Shown: positions 51,291 through 62,760 of the stretch, piece after piece
How positions within the stretch are numbered: the stretch's first letter is position 1
How the letters are laid out: each line of letters begins with the position of its first letter
Assembly (NCBI GenBank): GCA_977020255.1
Contig: CDROCS010000506.1
Location: 1,736,001-1,800,000 of the forward strand
Source: Obrimoposthia wandeli
Taxonomy: Eukaryota
Direction of reading: 5' to 3'
Length of the DNA: 64,000 bases
Notes under the pieces: generated by a model
What the model was told of the DNA's origin: nothing
The model's database searches: none
The model's input: only the letters and a program-made list of their open reading frames with translations
Translations under genes and position numbers: made by a program

Positions 51291-52184
51291 ATGCAAGACT
51301 TAGCGCTACTCTTTCAACTCACTCCTTGGCTATTATGGTTAACGGTTGCCCTTCTTGGTCTGCTCGTCGGTAGTTTCTTGAATGTCGTCATTTACCGCTT
51401 ACCCATTATGATGGAAAGTGAATGGAAGGAGGAATGTACGGTTTATTTTAGCGATGAATGCAAAACAGCTAGCAGTAAGCCTGTATCTGAAACAACTAAA
51501 TTCAACCTATTATTACCCCGCTCTGCTTGTCCTAAATGCGGCCATAAAATTACCGCATTAGAAAATATCCCTGTGATTAGCTGGCTAATATTACGAGGTA
51601 AGTGCAGCAGTTGTGCCAATCCAATTTCAGCTCGCTACCCAAGCATTGAATTATTAACCGGTTTACTCTCACTTGTAGTCGCTTTATATATCCCTTATGG
51701 CATTCAATTAGCTGGCGCGTTGATCTTAACCTGGACCTTAGTAGCGCTGACTTTTATCGACATAGATAAAATGCTATTACCCGATCAAATAACGCTACCA
51801 CTATTATGGTTCGGTCTGTTTCTTAACGTAAATTATGCTTGGGTAACGCCATCTGACGCCATCATTGGTGCTATCGTTGGTTATCTATCACTGTGGTCGG
51901 TTTATTGGGGCTTTAAGTTATTAACCGGTAAGGAAGGTATGGGCTATGGTGATTTCAAACTACTCGCTGCATTTGGTGCTTGGTTCGGTTGGCAATCAAT
52001 TTTAGCTATCGTATTACTGTCTTCATTTGCCGGTGCCATTATTGGCATTACCCAGATTGCATTAAAGAAACATACCCAAGGCAACCCTATTCCATTTGGC
52101 CCTTACTTGGCTATCGCTGGTTGGTTGTACCTTATTTGGGGCGATCAAATTGTCGATTTCTATTTAATTAATTTTATTTACTAA
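51291..52184 (+). CDS. pilD: Prepilin peptidase/N-methyltransferase
   Basis: GSFLNVVIYRLP, CPKC...C..C, IDIDKMLLPD, EGMGYGDFKL, IPFGPYL. Confidence 0.97.
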   Translation: MQDLALLFQLTPWLLWLTVALLGLLVGSFLNVVIYRLPIMMESEWKEECTVYFSDECKTASSKPVSETTKFNLLLPRSACPKCGHKITALENIPVISWLILRGKCSSCANPISARYPSIELLTGLLSLVVALYIPYGIQLAGALILTWTLVALTFIDIDKMLLPDQITLPLLWFGLFLNVNYAWVTPSDAIIGAIVGYLSLWSVYWGFKLLTGKEGMGYGDFKLLAAFGAWFGWQSILAIVLLSSFAGAIIGITQIALKKHTQGNPIPFGPYLAIAGWLYLIWGDQIVDFYLINFIY

Positions 52185-52213
52185 ATCTATCTATTAAATC
52201 TATATATTAAGGC
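52175..52213 (+). repeat. Three 13-nt copies of the pilD 3' end
   Basis: TATTTACTAAATC (contains the stop) / TATCTATTAAATC / TATATATTAAGGC. Confidence 0.8.
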
Positions 52214-52221
52214 CAGTCGAT

Positions 52222-52827
52222 ATGTATGTTGTTGGATTAACCGGTGGAATTGCATCAGGTAAAACCACTGTCGCCGATATGATTGCTAGCGAAGGCATCA
52301 ATGTCGTCGATGCTGATATTGTTGCCAGAGAAGTCGTTGCCATTGGCAGTGATGGTTTAGCGCAAATTAGTGCGTATTTTGGCAGTAGTATATTGTTAGA
52401 TGACGGTAGTTTGGATCGTGGATTATTACGCGAGAAAATATTTTCCGATAATGCCAACAAACAGTGGCTAAATGATTTACTGCACCCGTTGATTAGAACT
52501 GAGTTATTAGCGCAACTCGCTGCGAGTAATTCGCTATATACCTTGTTAGTCGTGCCGCTGTTAGTTGAAAATAATCTAACGACGTTATGCGATCACGTGC
52601 TAGTTGTTGATGTGGCAGAGCAAGTACAAATACAGCGAACGATGGCGCGGGATAACGTTTCAGAGCAGCAAGCTAAGGCGATATTACAAGCCCAAGCGAC
52701 ACGTGAGCAACGCCTTGCTGCAGCAGACTCAGTAATTGTTAATAACGACCGTCAACAAGTGAGCAAAGATGCTGCGGTGTTACATCAGAAATTTCTTGAA
52801 TTAGCGACAACTGCCATGGCAAACTAG
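52222..52827 (+). CDS. coaE: Dephospho-CoA kinase
   Basis: VVGLTGGIASGKTT, DAD, LDRGLLRE, LHPLI, VPLLVE. Confidence 0.96.
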   Translation: MYVVGLTGGIASGKTTVADMIASEGINVVDADIVAREVVAIGSDGLAQISAYFGSSILLDDGSLDRGLLREKIFSDNANKQWLNDLLHPLIRTELLAQLAASNSLYTLLVVPLLVENNLTTLCDHVLVVDVAEQVQIQRTMARDNVSEQQAKAILQAQATREQRLAAADSVIVNNDRQQVSKDAAVLHQKFLELATTAMAN

Positions 52828-52860
52828 CCACTTTCAAGCACCGTTTATTTAGGATATACC

Positions 52861-53046
52861 ATGCAAGTAAATTGCCCGACCTGTCAAAACCCCGTTGAAT
52901 GGGTAGCTACGAATGAATTTCGCCCGTTTTGCAGTGACCGTTGCAAGCTGATTGATCTTGGTGAGTGGGCAAGTGGAGAACGTGCGATCCCGGGTGAAGA
53001 GGTTTCACCACAAGAACTCCAGCCTAAAGGTTACGAGTTCGACTAG
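52861..53046 (+). CDS. yacG: DNA gyrase inhibitor YacG
   Basis: CPTC...[17 protein letters not shown] zinc finger. Confidence 0.95.
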   Translation: MQVNCPTCQNPVEWVATNEFRPFCSDRCKLIDLGEWASGERAIPGEEVSPQELQPKGYEFD

Positions 53047-53087
53047 TTAGATTAGCGCGGCTGACTGAATTTATGCTGATAAATGGC

Positions 53088-53480
53088 TCAGGCAAACTGA
53101 GTCATTAGCATTTCGACAATCACCTGATTTGCAGCTGGGAATTTATAATCCGCTAATGCATTAATATTAACCCACGCCGTTTGCTGCCCTTCAAGACCCT
53201 TACCCACACCTGTAAAATCATCCACAAGATAAAAATCCAATTGTACGATCTTATCGCCATAATCGAATTCTAATTGGTGAAATGCCTGCGCATTAATAAC
53301 ATCAAGGTTAACTTCCTCTTTAAGCTCTCTGGTTAACGCTTCAAGCACAGATTCCCCTGATTCCACCTTACCACCAGGAAACTCCCACTTGTTACCTTGG
53401 TGCTGCTCTGAGCTACGTTTACTGATAAATACTTGCTGATCACGTACGATGATACCAGCTGCAACATGGACTATTTTCAT
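53088..53480 (-). CDS. mutT: 8-oxo-dGTP diphosphatase MutT
   Basis: Nudix box WEFPGGKVESGESVLEALTRELKEEVNL, EGQ, FPAAN; downstream of secA. Confidence 0.93.
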   Translation of the reverse strand: MKIVHVAAGIIVRDQQVFISKRSSEQHQGNKWEFPGGKVESGESVLEALTRELKEEVNLDVINAQAFHQLEFDYGDKIVQLDFYLVDDFTGVGKGLEGQQTAWVNINALADYKFPAANQVIVEMLMTQFA

Positions 53481-53523
53481 GACGGGTCCTCTTATAAATT
53501 TAGATCATTAAATAACAGTTAAC

Positions 53524-53557
53524 AAAAAGCGCTAAAACATTGCTGCTTTAGCGCTTT
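53524..53557 (-). terminator. secA terminator
   Basis: AAAGCGCTAAA...TTTAGCGCTTT stem with T tract on the minus strand. Confidence 0.8.
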
Positions 53558-53591
53558 CGATTTTAATCATAGTACTGGTTAGTAAGCCTTA

Positions 53592-56309
53592 TTAGCTTAA
53601 CTTACCATGACACTGTTTAAATTTAGCACCTGAACCACAAGGACACGGATCGTTACGACCTACTTTCTGACCTTGGCGCACAAATGTTTCAGCGTCATCA
53701 ACAGCTGACGAATCAGCCAATTGATTTTCCGCCGTTGCGTGGCTCATGTTTTGTGGTAATGATTCACCACGACGACGTTGTGCTTCAACCGCTTCAACAT
53801 CTTCAGGCGCTTGCACCTGCACTTTAGAGATCACACCAACCACATCTGATTTTAGGTTCTCTAACATTTCAGTAAACAGTTCAAACGATTCACGCTTATA
53901 TTCTTGTTTCGGGTTTTTCTGAGCATAGCCACGTAAATGAATACCTTGACGTAAATGGTCCATCGCCGCTAAATGCTCTTTCCATAAACCGTCTAGTGTT
54001 TGTAACATCACTGCTTTTTCAAACTGACGAATAACTTGCGCACCCACAGCATCTTCTTTCGCTGTGTAAGCTTCATTAGCTTGCGTCATGATACGTTCAC
54101 GGATCTGCTCTTCATACAGTTTATTATCATCATCTAACCACTGCTGAATAGGCAGTTCAAGCATGAAGTCTGCGCGTAGACGCTGTTCTAAACCGGTGAT
54201 ATCCCACATTTCATGTAATGAGTTTGGTGGAATGTAAGCATCCATTACCGCATTGATCACGTCTTCACGGATCGCAACCATAGTGTCACTGATATCTTCC
54301 GCTTCCATTAACTCGTTACGTTGCTCATACACCACTTTACGTTGGTCATTGGCAACATCATCGAATTCAAGTAATGACTTACGAATATCAAAGTTACGGC
54401 CTTCAACTTTACGTTGGGCATTTTCGATTGCGCGCGTTACCCACTTATGCTCAATCGCTTCACCTTCTTCCATACCTAATTTCTTCATCATGCCAGTAAT
54501 ACGGTCTGATGTGAAAATACGCATAAGCGGATCGGCCATTGATAGATAGAAACGCGTTGAACCAGCATCACCCTGACGACCAGAACGACCACGTAGCTGA
54601 TTATCAATACGACGAGATTCATGACGTTCAGTACCGATGATATGTAAACCACCCGCAGTCAATACAGCATCGTGACGCACTTGCCATTCAGATTTGATAT
54701 GTGCAATTTGAGCTTCAGTTGGTTTCTTCAGTTTATCAACTTCAGTCTGCCAATTACCACCTAACACAATATCAGTACCACGACCGGCCATGTTCGTTGC
54801 AATAGTAACAGCACCAGAACGACCCGCATCAGAAACGATCTCTGCTTCACGTTCATGGAACTTAGCATTCAATACGTTATGTTTAATCTTGTCTTTTTTC
54901 AGTAGATTCGACAGTAACTCTGAACTCTCGATCGATACAGTACCAACCAAGACCGGCTGTTGTCTCTTCACGCAATCTTTAATGTCTTCAATGATCGCAA
55001 CATGCTTTTCAGCCGCAGTCAGGTAAACAAGATCGCCGAAATCTTTACGCGCCATTGGTTTGTTGGTCGGTAAAACCACTGTTTCCAAGCTATAAATAGA
55101 TTGGAATTCGAAAGCTTCAGTATCAGCAGTACCCGTCATGCCTGACAATTTGTCATACATACGGAAATAATTCTGGAAGGTAATCGATGCTAATGTTTGG
55201 TTTTCGTTTTGGATCTTCACACCTTCACGGGCTTCTACCGCTTGATGCAGACCTTCAGACCAACGACGACCCGGCATAGTACGGCCAGTGTGCTCATCAA
55301 CAATTACAATTTCACCGTCATCACTGACAATATAATCAACATCTTTTTCAAACAACGTATGCGCACGTAATGCCGCATTGATGTGATGTAATAATGAAAT
55401 ATTCGCAGCTGAGAATAAAGAGTCTTCTTCGCTTAATAAGCCACGCTCTTTAAGCATTTCTTCTACTTTAATTTGACCGTTCTCAGTCAGTAATACCTGC
55501 TTGTTCTTTTCATCAACCGTGTAGTGACCAACACCCGTATATTCTTCAGTATCTTCTTGCTCTTGCTGTTCTAGCAACGGGATGATGGTATTGATATTAG
55601 TATATAATTCTGAGCTATTGTCCGCTGGACCAGAAATAATCAACGGTGTACGTGCTTCATCGATTAGGATTGAATCCACTTCATCGATTACCGCGTAGTA
55701 TAACGGACGCATTACACGCTGTTGTGGTTCGAACGCCATGTTGTCACGCAGGTAATCAAAACCAAATTCATTATTGGTTCCGTAAGTTACATCCGCTGCA
55801 TATGCTTCACGTTTAGCCATGTTATCCATGCCAGACACGTTCAAGCCAACGGTTAACCCTAAGAATTCAAATAGTTCACGATTCCATTCCGCATCACGTG
55901 CAGCAAGGTAATCATTCACCGTAATAATATGGACGCCTTTACCTGTTATGGCATTTAAATAAGCCGGTAGCGTAGCCGTTAATGTTTTACCTTCACCTGT
56001 ACGCATTTCAGCGATCTGGTTATTATTTAAAACCATGCCACCTAATAACTGTACATCGAAGTGACGCATGCCAAATACACGTTTAGAGCCTTCGCGTACT
56101 ACCGCAAATGCTTCCGCTAAAAGACTATCAAGTGATTCACCAGCAGCGAAACGTTGTTGGAAATCAACTGTTTTTGCTTTTAGTTCTTCATCTGATAATA
56201 CTTCAAAATCTGCTTCTAATTGATTAACTTGTTTTACAACTTTGTGCAATTTTTTTAAAATGCGGTCATTGCGGCTACCGACTATTTTTGTAATTATATT
56301 AGTTAACAT
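53592..56309 (-). CDS. secA: Preprotein translocase ATPase SecA
   Basis: [46 protein letters not shown] motif [11 protein letters not shown]. Confidence 0.99.
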   Translation of the reverse strand: MLTNIITKIVGSRNDRILKKLHKVVKQVNQLEADFEVLSDEELKAKTVDFQQRFAAGESLDSLLAEAFAVVREGSKRVFGMRHFDVQLLGGMVLNNNQIAEMRTGEGKTLTATLPAYLNAITGKGVHIITVNDYLAARDAEWNRELFEFLGLTVGLNVSGMDNMAKREAYAADVTYGTNNEFGFDYLRDNMAFEPQQRVMRPLYYAVIDEVDSILIDEARTPLIISGPADNSSELYTNINTIIPLLEQQEQEDTEEYTGVGHYTVDEKNKQVLLTENGQIKVEEMLKERGLLSEEDSLFSAANISLLHHINAALRAHTLFEKDVDYIVSDDGEIVIVDEHTGRTMPGRRWSEGLHQAVEAREGVKIQNENQTLASITFQNYFRMYDKLSGMTGTADTEAFEFQSIYSLETVVLPTNKPMARKDFGDLVYLTAAEKHVAIIEDIKDCVKRQQPVLVGTVSIESSELLSNLLKKDKIKHNVLNAKFHEREAEIVSDAGRSGAVTIATNMAGRGTDIVLGGNWQTEVDKLKKPTEAQIAHIKSEWQVRHDAVLTAGGLHIIGTERHESRRIDNQLRGRSGRQGDAGSTRFYLSMADPLMRIFTSDRITGMMKKLGMEEGEAIEHKWVTRAIENAQRKVEGRNFDIRKSLLEFDDVANDQRKVVYEQRNELMEAEDISDTMVAIREDVINAVMDAYIPPNSLHEMWDITGLEQRLRADFMLELPIQQWLDDDNKLYEEQIRERIMTQANEAYTAKEDAVGAQVIRQFEKAVMLQTLDGLWKEHLAAMDHLRQGIHLRGYAQKNPKQEYKRESFELFTEMLENLKSDVVGVISKVQVQAPEDVEAVEAQRRRGESLPQNMSHATAENQLADSSAVDDAETFVRQGQKVGRNDPCPCGSGAKFKQCHGKLS

Positions 56310-56355
56310 TTTATGACCAAAAGTTATTGTGAATCTATTTGAAATTTAAAGCATT

Positions 56356-57270
56356 TTAGCGATAAACATAGCGTTTAGGATCGACTTGTCGTCCCGATTT
56401 TAGCACTTCGTAGTGCACATGGGGTCCAGTAGAACGTCCTGAACTTCCCATAATAGCAATAGTTTGCCCTTTACCTACAACATCACCTTCTTTGGCGATC
56501 AACTCTTTAGAGTGGGCGTAACGTGACGACAGACCATTACCATGATTAATTTCGACTAATAAGCCATAACCTGAACGTCTTCCAGACCAAGTGACAACAC
56601 CTGCGCCCGTAGCAATAATATTCATGCCATTATCACCTGCAAAATCAACACCCTTATGCATAGTTGCTCGCCCCGTAAAAGGGTCTTTACGCACACCATA
56701 ATGGGACGATAACCAAGAACCTCGTTCAATAACAGGTCGACCAGATAAAACGGCCTCATCTGTTATATTGTGATTCAATAGCATAGTTTCAAGTAGTGAA
56801 AGCTGTTGTGAACGATTATTTACTTCTAATGACAGTAAATCCATCTCTTCAAGCAAGGTTTGTAAATCAACAGCATAACTTGAATCGGTATCCACAGGAC
56901 CACCAATGGCAGGCTTTAGCATAAAATCAAATTCACCACGTGTCAAACTGGCATCTTTAGCCAATTCATCACCTAATAAACTCAAACGGTTAACTTCCGC
57001 TTGCATCATGCCAACTTTACTCGCAAACACGGCTATTTTCAAATCTGTTTCTTGACGTAGCGCAAGGACTTGATCGGCTTGTTGTTGATATTTTTGCTGC
57101 GTTTTTGCAATCTTAAGCTGAATTGCTTGAGAAGAGTAGTTTGAATAGAGGAACCAAGAAGACGCAATCGAAACCGCAATAACAGCAATTAAGGCTAATA
57201 TGAAGAAGTAGAGATTAAATAATTTAGAATAGCTGTTTTTACTATTCGTGTAAGTAACTGTAACGCTCAT
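56356..57270 (-). CDS. M23 family metallopeptidase
   Basis: TM, coiled coil, GG motif, SSHYGVRKDPF, HKGVD, YAHS, STGPHVHYE. Confidence 0.93.
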   Translation of the reverse strand: MSVTVTYTNSKNSYSKLFNLYFFILALIAVIAVSIASSWFLYSNYSSQAIQLKIAKTQQKYQQQADQVLALRQETDLKIAVFASKVGMMQAEVNRLSLLGDELAKDASLTRGEFDFMLKPAIGGPVDTDSSYAVDLQTLLEEMDLLSLEVNNRSQQLSLLETMLLNHNITDEAVLSGRPVIERGSWLSSHYGVRKDPFTGRATMHKGVDFAGDNGMNIIATGAGVVTWSGRRSGYGLLVEINHGNGLSSRYAHSKELIAKEGDVVGKGQTIAIMGSSGRSTGPHVHYEVLKSGRQVDPKRYVYR

Positions 57271-57391
57271 AATCTTTTTTTAACTGATGAATGTGTGGCA
57301 CTAAATATAAACAATTTGATGCCACAATTCTATCTGTATTTATCTTAGCGCTGATTTGTAACATCAGTTCCGAGATACTAAACCTATTTGT

Positions 57392-57429
57392 TTAGATTAT
57401 AACGCCAACTTTTTTAGATTATATTGCCA
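57392..57429 (-). repeat. Duplication of the lpxC 3' end (22-nt period)
   Basis: Plus strand TTAGATTATAACGCCA (57392-57407) / TTAGATTATATTGCCA (57414-57429, contains the stop). Confidence 0.75.
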
Positions 57430-58342
57430 GGGTTAAATTTGGCTCTAACCAACGAATTGGCGCATCTTGTGCTTCGTCAACGGTGGTAAATTCCCACGCT
57501 TCTTGATTAGCAAGTAATGCTCTTAACAATAAGTTATTCATGCCGTGGCCAGTTTTGAATGCACGAAACTCACCTAAGATTGAATGGCCTGATAAGTACA
57601 AGTCACCCACAGCATCAAGTACTTTGTGTTTAACGAATTCATCGTCATAACGTAAACCGTCATCATTTAGAATACGGAATTCATCAACCACAATCGCGTT
57701 GTCTAGACTACCGCCCAGCGCGAGGTTTTGTGACTGTAGATATTCAATATCTTTCATGAAACCAAAAGTACGTGCACGACTGATTTCTTGATGGAACCAA
57801 TCGCCAGAAAAATCTGCGCGTATATGCTGATTTTGGCCTTCAAATACCGGATGATCAAATTCAATACGTAAATCCATAATAAAACCATGGTTCGACGGTA
57901 AGAATTCAGCCCATTTATCGCCATCTTCAACACGGATCGGTTGTTTGATTTTAATAAATTTCTTAGCACAGTTTAGTTCTTCAATTCCCGCACTTTGCAG
58001 CAAGAAAATGAAAGGACTAGCACTGCCATCCATAATCGGAATTTCAGCTGCATCAACTTCAATAATAATATTATCGATGCCAAGGCCAGCTAATGCCGCA
58101 TTAATATGTTCGACTGTCGAAATACGGTGACCATCTTCGCTAACAAGGCAAGTGCACAACATAGTATCTTTTACCATGTCTGCTGATGCTTTGAAATCGA
58201 CCACAGGATCGAGATCGATACGGCGATAGATAATACCGGTATTCGCTGCTGCTGGACGAAGATTTAGGGTAACCTTATTGCCAGAATGTAGACCGATGCC
58301 GGTACCACGTACAGCTTGCTTTAATGTTCTTTGTTTAATCAT
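57419..58342 (-). CDS. lpxC: UDP-3-O-acyl-GlcNAc deacetylase
   Basis: [42 protein letters not shown] motif. Confidence 0.98.
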   Translation of the reverse strand: MIKQRTLKQAVRGTGIGLHSGNKVTLNLRPAAANTGIIYRRIDLDPVVDFKASADMVKDTMLCTCLVSEDGHRISTVEHINAALAGLGIDNIIIEVDAAEIPIMDGSASPFIFLLQSAGIEELNCAKKFIKIKQPIRVEDGDKWAEFLPSNHGFIMDLRIEFDHPVFEGQNQHIRADFSGDWFHQEISRARTFGFMKDIEYLQSQNLALGGSLDNAIVVDEFRILNDDGLRYDDEFVKHKVLDAVGDLYLSGHSILGEFRAFKTGHGMNNLLLRALLANQEAWEFTTVDEAQDAPIRWLEPNLTLAI

Positions 58343-58511
58343 TAATGTCACCCTATTTAAATCCCACACTCCAACGAGAGGCCGAGCAATTTACCATAAC
58401 TCTAGTCGAAATGCAAAATCACCGTTCCAAACACAGCTTATACAATTCAATCTTTAGGCTAAAAATAACCCGTCAGACTGAATCATATTCTAGCAACTAT
58501 ACAATAAAGTA

Positions 58512-59705
58512 TTAGTCAGCTTGACGACGTAAGAACGCGGGAATATCAAGATAGTCCGGTTCGCTCTTAGTTGCCGTAGTCGTATTGCTTTCACCAACTG
58601 CTACTTGCTGTGCAACATTTTGCACATCAACTTTACTATCGGCAGCAACCACAGTCGCTTTAGCTGTTTCTTCAATTCTTACAGGTTCAACTTTAGCTTC
58701 TTCAACTTTTTTTACTGGTGTTGGTACTAACGTGATATCAGGCTTGTTTTCAGCGCCGATACCCGTAACAACAACCGTCACACGTAATTCATCTGTCATT
58801 TCAGGATCGATAACCGCACCCACAACAACCGTTGCATTATCAGATGCAAACGCTTTAATTGAATTACCAACCGTTTCGAACTCTTCGATGTTGATATCTA
58901 GGCCAGCAGTAATATTAACTAGAATACCGCGTGCGCCCGCTAGATCGACATCATCAAGTAATGGGCTTGAGATAGCAGCTTCAGCCGCTTCTTCAGCACG
59001 ATCTTCACCAGAAGCAACGCCCGTACCCATCATCGCAGTACCCATTTCGCTCATAACTGTACGAACATCGGCGAAATCCACGTTGATAAGACCAGGACGA
59101 GTAATAAGTTCTGCAATACCTTGCACAGCACCAAGCAATACGTTGTTAGCTGCTTTGAAAGCATCTAATAAGCTCACACCGCGACCCAATACTTTCAGTA
59201 GTTTGTCGTTAGGGATAGTAATTAAAGAATCAACTTGTTCACTTAATGCGTCAATGCCCGCTTGCGCGTAACTCAGACGACGTTTACCTTCGAAAGAGAA
59301 AGGTTTAGTCACTACAGCTACCGTTAAGATGCCTAATTCTCTTGCAATCTCAGCGACAACAGGCGCAGCACCAGTACCTGTACCACCGCCCATACCAGCA
59401 GCAATAAAGATCATATCAGAACCTTGTAGGTGCTCCCGAATTGCATCGCGATCTTCCATTGCAGCTTCACGACCTACCTGAGGATTTGCACCCGCACCTA
59501 AGCCTTTTGTGATTGTGTTACCGATTTGAATAACAGATCCAGCTGCTGAATTACGTAATGCCTGTGCATCCGTATTAATAACTATGAATTCAACACCTTC
59601 AATTGTTTCACTGACCATATGGTCAACTGCGTTACCGCCGCCACCACCGACACCAATGACTTTAATGACAGCTTCATCGTGACTATCATCGAGTAGTTCA
59701 AACAT
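58512..59705 (-). CDS. ftsZ: Cell division protein FtsZ
   Basis: GVGGGGGNA, GMGGGTGTG tubulin signature, NVDFADV, C-terminal LDIPAFLRRQAD. Confidence 0.99.
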   Translation of the reverse strand: MFELLDDSHDEAVIKVIGVGGGGGNAVDHMVSETIEGVEFIVINTDAQALRNSAAGSVIQIGNTITKGLGAGANPQVGREAAMEDRDAIREHLQGSDMIFIAAGMGGGTGTGAAPVVAEIARELGILTVAVVTKPFSFEGKRRLSYAQAGIDALSEQVDSLITIPNDKLLKVLGRGVSLLDAFKAANNVLLGAVQGIAELITRPGLINVDFADVRTVMSEMGTAMMGTGVASGEDRAEEAAEAAISSPLLDDVDLAGARGILVNITAGLDINIEEFETVGNSIKAFASDNATVVVGAVIDPEMTDELRVTVVVTGIGAENKPDITLVPTPVKKVEEAKVEPVRIEETAKATVVAADSKVDVQNVAQQVAVGESNTTTATKSEPDYLDIPAFLRRQAD

Positions 59706-59735
59706 GGTACTTTCTCCAAGAATCTTATTGGGGTT

Positions 59736-60983
59736 TTAAAACCCGCCTTTGAACCAGCTCATTATTTTTTTAAATAGCTGGTTATAATTATTTTTTTCTA
59801 CGACTACTTCTGTTACAGGTTCGAACTGATGCTCTTTACCAAACTTAAGTAAGCCAACCGCTGTTGAGTACACTGGTGTATTTACATATTCAGTTAACCC
59901 ATTGATATTTAAAGGGCTACCAATTCTAACTTGAGAGTTAAATACGCCTTCAGCACATTCAACCAAACCTTCAATTTGTGCAGCGCCGCCAGTGAGGACA
60001 ATACCCGCTGCTAATTTTTCCAGTTTTAATGAGGCCAAAACAGTTTTTAATTCAGCTTCAACCATTCCGAATAGCTCAGAATATCGAGGTTCTATCACTT
60101 CTGCAAGTGTTTGTCGTTGTAAAGTGCGCGATGGTCGACCGCCAACACTCGCAACTTCGATAGTATCATCACGCTGTAATAAACTTGCATGTGCACAACC
60201 GAACTTAACTTTAATATCTTCAGCATCTGCAGGTGGTGTGCCAAATGCATAAGCAATATCACTAGTAACTGCATTTCCCGCATAAGAAAATACCGATGTA
60301 TGACGTAATGAACCGTCATAAAATACGGCGATATCAATAGTACCGCCACCAATATCCACAACACATACGCCGAGTTCTTTTTCATCATCAGTGACGACAG
60401 CGTAGCTTGACGCTAGCGCAGAAAAAATTAATTTATCGACGTGTAAATCACAGCGTTCTGCACATTTTACAATATTTTTTGCCATGTCATTGTGACATGT
60501 GATCAAATGCACCTTGGCTTTCATGCGAACGCCTGATAAACCAACAGGGTTTTTAATGCGTTCTTGATAATCAATAGCATATTCTTGCGGGATCACATGT
60601 AAAATTCGATGTTCGTCACGAATTCGCACCGACCTTGCAGTATAGATCACATTATCAACATCATCTTGTGTGACTTCATCTTCAGATATTGCCACCATGC
60701 CAATTTCATCTTGGCTGCTAATGTGTTTACCCGAAATACTCAGATAAACAGATGATATTTTCATATCAGCCATCATTTCAGCTTCTTGTAATGCACGTTG
60801 CACGGCTTTGACCACAGATTCAAGATCGTTAACACCACCTTTATCCATGCCGCGCGATACACTTTCGCCTAAACCGATGATGTTCAGCTCGCCGTCAGGT
60901 AATAACTCACCAACGACAACGGCAATTTTTGATGTGCCGATATCCAAACCTACAATTAATTTTCGTTCCATCGACTTAGTCAT
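59736..60983 (-). CDS. ftsA: Cell division protein FtsA
   Basis: LDIGTSK, DIGGGT, VLTGGAA, C-terminal amphipathic WFKGGF. Confidence 0.98.
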   Translation of the reverse strand: MTKSMERKLIVGLDIGTSKIAVVVGELLPDGELNIIGLGESVSRGMDKGGVNDLESVVKAVQRALQEAEMMADMKISSVYLSISGKHISSQDEIGMVAISEDEVTQDDVDNVIYTARSVRIRDEHRILHVIPQEYAIDYQERIKNPVGLSGVRMKAKVHLITCHNDMAKNIVKCAERCDLHVDKLIFSALASSYAVVTDDEKELGVCVVDIGGGTIDIAVFYDGSLRHTSVFSYAGNAVTSDIAYAFGTPPADAEDIKVKFGCAHASLLQRDDTIEVASVGGRPSRTLQRQTLAEVIEPRYSELFGMVEAELKTVLASLKLEKLAAGIVLTGGAAQIEGLVECAEGVFNSQVRIGSPLNINGLTEYVNTPVYSTAVGLLKFGKEHQFEPVTEVVVEKNNYNQLFKKIMSWFKGGF

Positions 60984-60988
60984 TATCA

Positions 60989-61807
60989 CTACTCTTTATT
61001 GTCATTTTTCCAGCCAACTGAGAAACCTGTATCGTAACGTAAATCTATATAGGCTATTTTTTCTTTATCTAATACTGCGACATAGTCGATATAACGCTGG
61101 ATACGAGAAATCGCATCTTCTCGCCCCAAGCGCAACATAATACCATTACTTAGTACAACCGTGATTGCATTGCGTAAATTAACTGTCATCGCAACGATAT
61201 TGTAATTATTTAACTGCAGTAATCCGTTGAATTCGTTGTACTTTAAAAGTGCTTGTTTGATTCTATCATCAGGACTATAAAGTTTCACTAAGGATTCCGG
61301 CGCTCTATCGATGTTCGCATCGAAAACAATACCATCTTCGTTTAATAATTGACTATCATTCCAGATCGCGACAACCGGTTGTTCTTGGATATAAACGCGT
61401 AATAAATCAGGCCAACTTTTACGTACCGAAGCATGGTATACCCAAGGTAATGATTCAATTTTACGTTGAATATCATCGACATTAACCGAAAAATAATTTT
61501 CTATCGCTGGTTTTTCCAGCAATACCGCACGGATATCATCATCACTAACGTAATCTCGATCGCCTTGAATAATCAGTGCTGACATTGGCATTTTACTGGC
61601 GTCGGTCAAGTATGTTTCCATACTGCTGAACATCCAGCTAAAAAACACTATCACCATGAAGAAGAAAAATAGACCTAAACCACGCTTTAAACGTGATGGT
61701 CCCAATGTTTCCACGCAGGATTCATCCGCTTGAATTTCAAGTTCGGTCAATGCAAAGATATTATCATCTTGCACTGCTTCTTCCGGCGTTATCGTGACAG
61801 TTGTCAT
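60989..61807 (-). CDS. ftsQ: Cell division protein FtsQ
   Basis: TM, POTRA (LPWVYHASVRKSWPD), YIDLRYDTGFSVGW. Confidence 0.96.
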   Translation of the reverse strand: MTTVTITPEEAVQDDNIFALTELEIQADESCVETLGPSRLKRGLGLFFFFMVIVFFSWMFSSMETYLTDASKMPMSALIIQGDRDYVSDDDIRAVLLEKPAIENYFSVNVDDIQRKIESLPWVYHASVRKSWPDLLRVYIQEQPVVAIWNDSQLLNEDGIVFDANIDRAPESLVKLYSPDDRIKQALLKYNEFNGLLQLNNYNIVAMTVNLRNAITVVLSNGIMLRLGREDAISRIQRYIDYVAVLDKEKIAYIDLRYDTGFSVGWKNDNKE

Positions 61808-61809
61808 AT

Positions 61810-61846
61810 TTAAATACGTCGCTTAATACGTCGATCAATGCGCAAG
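61810..61846 (-). repeat. Three 12-13 nt copies of the ddl 3' end
   Basis: Plus strand TTAAATACGTCGC / TTAATACGTCGA / TCAATGCGCAAG (contains the stop). Confidence 0.75.
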
Positions 61847-62758
61847 CGCTAACACCTTAGATACGAGACTTTCAAAGTCATAACCTGCAGCATTAGCCGC
61901 CATTGGTACTAAACTTTTTTCAGTCATTCCTGGAACAGTATTCACTTCCAACAATTGGAACTGACCTTGTGCATCGAGCATTGCATCAACACGGCCCCAG
62001 CCTTCAGCCGCTACCGCATGAAATGCTTGTAGTGCATAGGCTTGTAACTGCTGACGTTGAGCATCTGTAATCGGTGCTGGGCACAAGTATTCAGTGGTAT
62101 TTGACTGGTACTTGGCTTGATAATCATAAAAGGTGTTCGGCGTTTTAAGTTGAATAACCGGTAATACTTCGTCACCAAGAATGGCCACGGTAAACTCTGG
62201 TCCTTCGATCCACTGTTCAATTAGAATTTCGTTATCATATTCAAACGCAGCTGTTACCGCGATTTCTAATTCCGCCACGTTATGCACTTTCGCCATGCCA
62301 ATACTCGAACCTTCTTTCGCCGGTTTAATGATCACCGGAGAGCCAAGTTCAGCAATAATATTACTGGCAATGTCAGTACTAAAATCTGTCGGCGTGACAA
62401 TGCGATAAAGCGCCGTAGGTAAACCTTGAGCTTGCCAAATTTGTTTAGTGCGGATTTTATCCATCGCTAACGCAGCACCTAATACACGGCTGCCAGTATA
62501 CGGAATAGCAAGCAGCTCTAACGCCCCCTGCATAACCCCATCTTCGCCACCACGACCGTGTAAGGCAATAAATGCATGGGTGAAACCATCACGACCAAGA
62601 TTATGTACATCGTATTCAGCAGTATCTAATGCATGCGCATCAACACCTGCACGTTGTAATCCGGCAGTTACCGCTGCGCCTGATTTGAGTGACACTTCAC
62701 GTTCAGCTGAATGTCCGCCAAATAATACTGCTACTTTTTTCGTGTTTGTTGCGCTCAT
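61835..62758 (-). CDS. ddl: D-alanine--D-alanine ligase
   Basis: GGHSAEREVSLKSG, HGRGGEDG, KPAKEGSSIG, EVNTVPGMT. Confidence 0.97.
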   Translation of the reverse strand: MSATNTKKVAVLFGGHSAEREVSLKSGAAVTAGLQRAGVDAHALDTAEYDVHNLGRDGFTHAFIALHGRGGEDGVMQGALELLAIPYTGSRVLGAALAMDKIRTKQIWQAQGLPTALYRIVTPTDFSTDIASNIIAELGSPVIIKPAKEGSSIGMAKVHNVAELEIAVTAAFEYDNEILIEQWIEGPEFTVAILGDEVLPVIQLKTPNTFYDYQAKYQSNTTEYLCPAPITDAQRQQLQAYALQAFHAVAAEGWGRVDAMLDAQGQFQLLEVNTVPGMTEKSLVPMAANAAGYDFESLVSKVLALAH

Positions 62759-62760
62759 GA

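Noticed and set aside
56310-57270. SecM-like arrest peptide upstream of secA
   Set aside because: The upstream gene is a full M23 peptidase with no FxxxxWIxxxxGIRAGP-like or RAPP-like arrest motif.
58585-59271. 228-aa plus-strand ORF (also 39681-40139 and other long antisense ORFs)
   Set aside because: Antisense to highly expressed ftsZ and aceF, whose codon bias leaves the opposite frame open.
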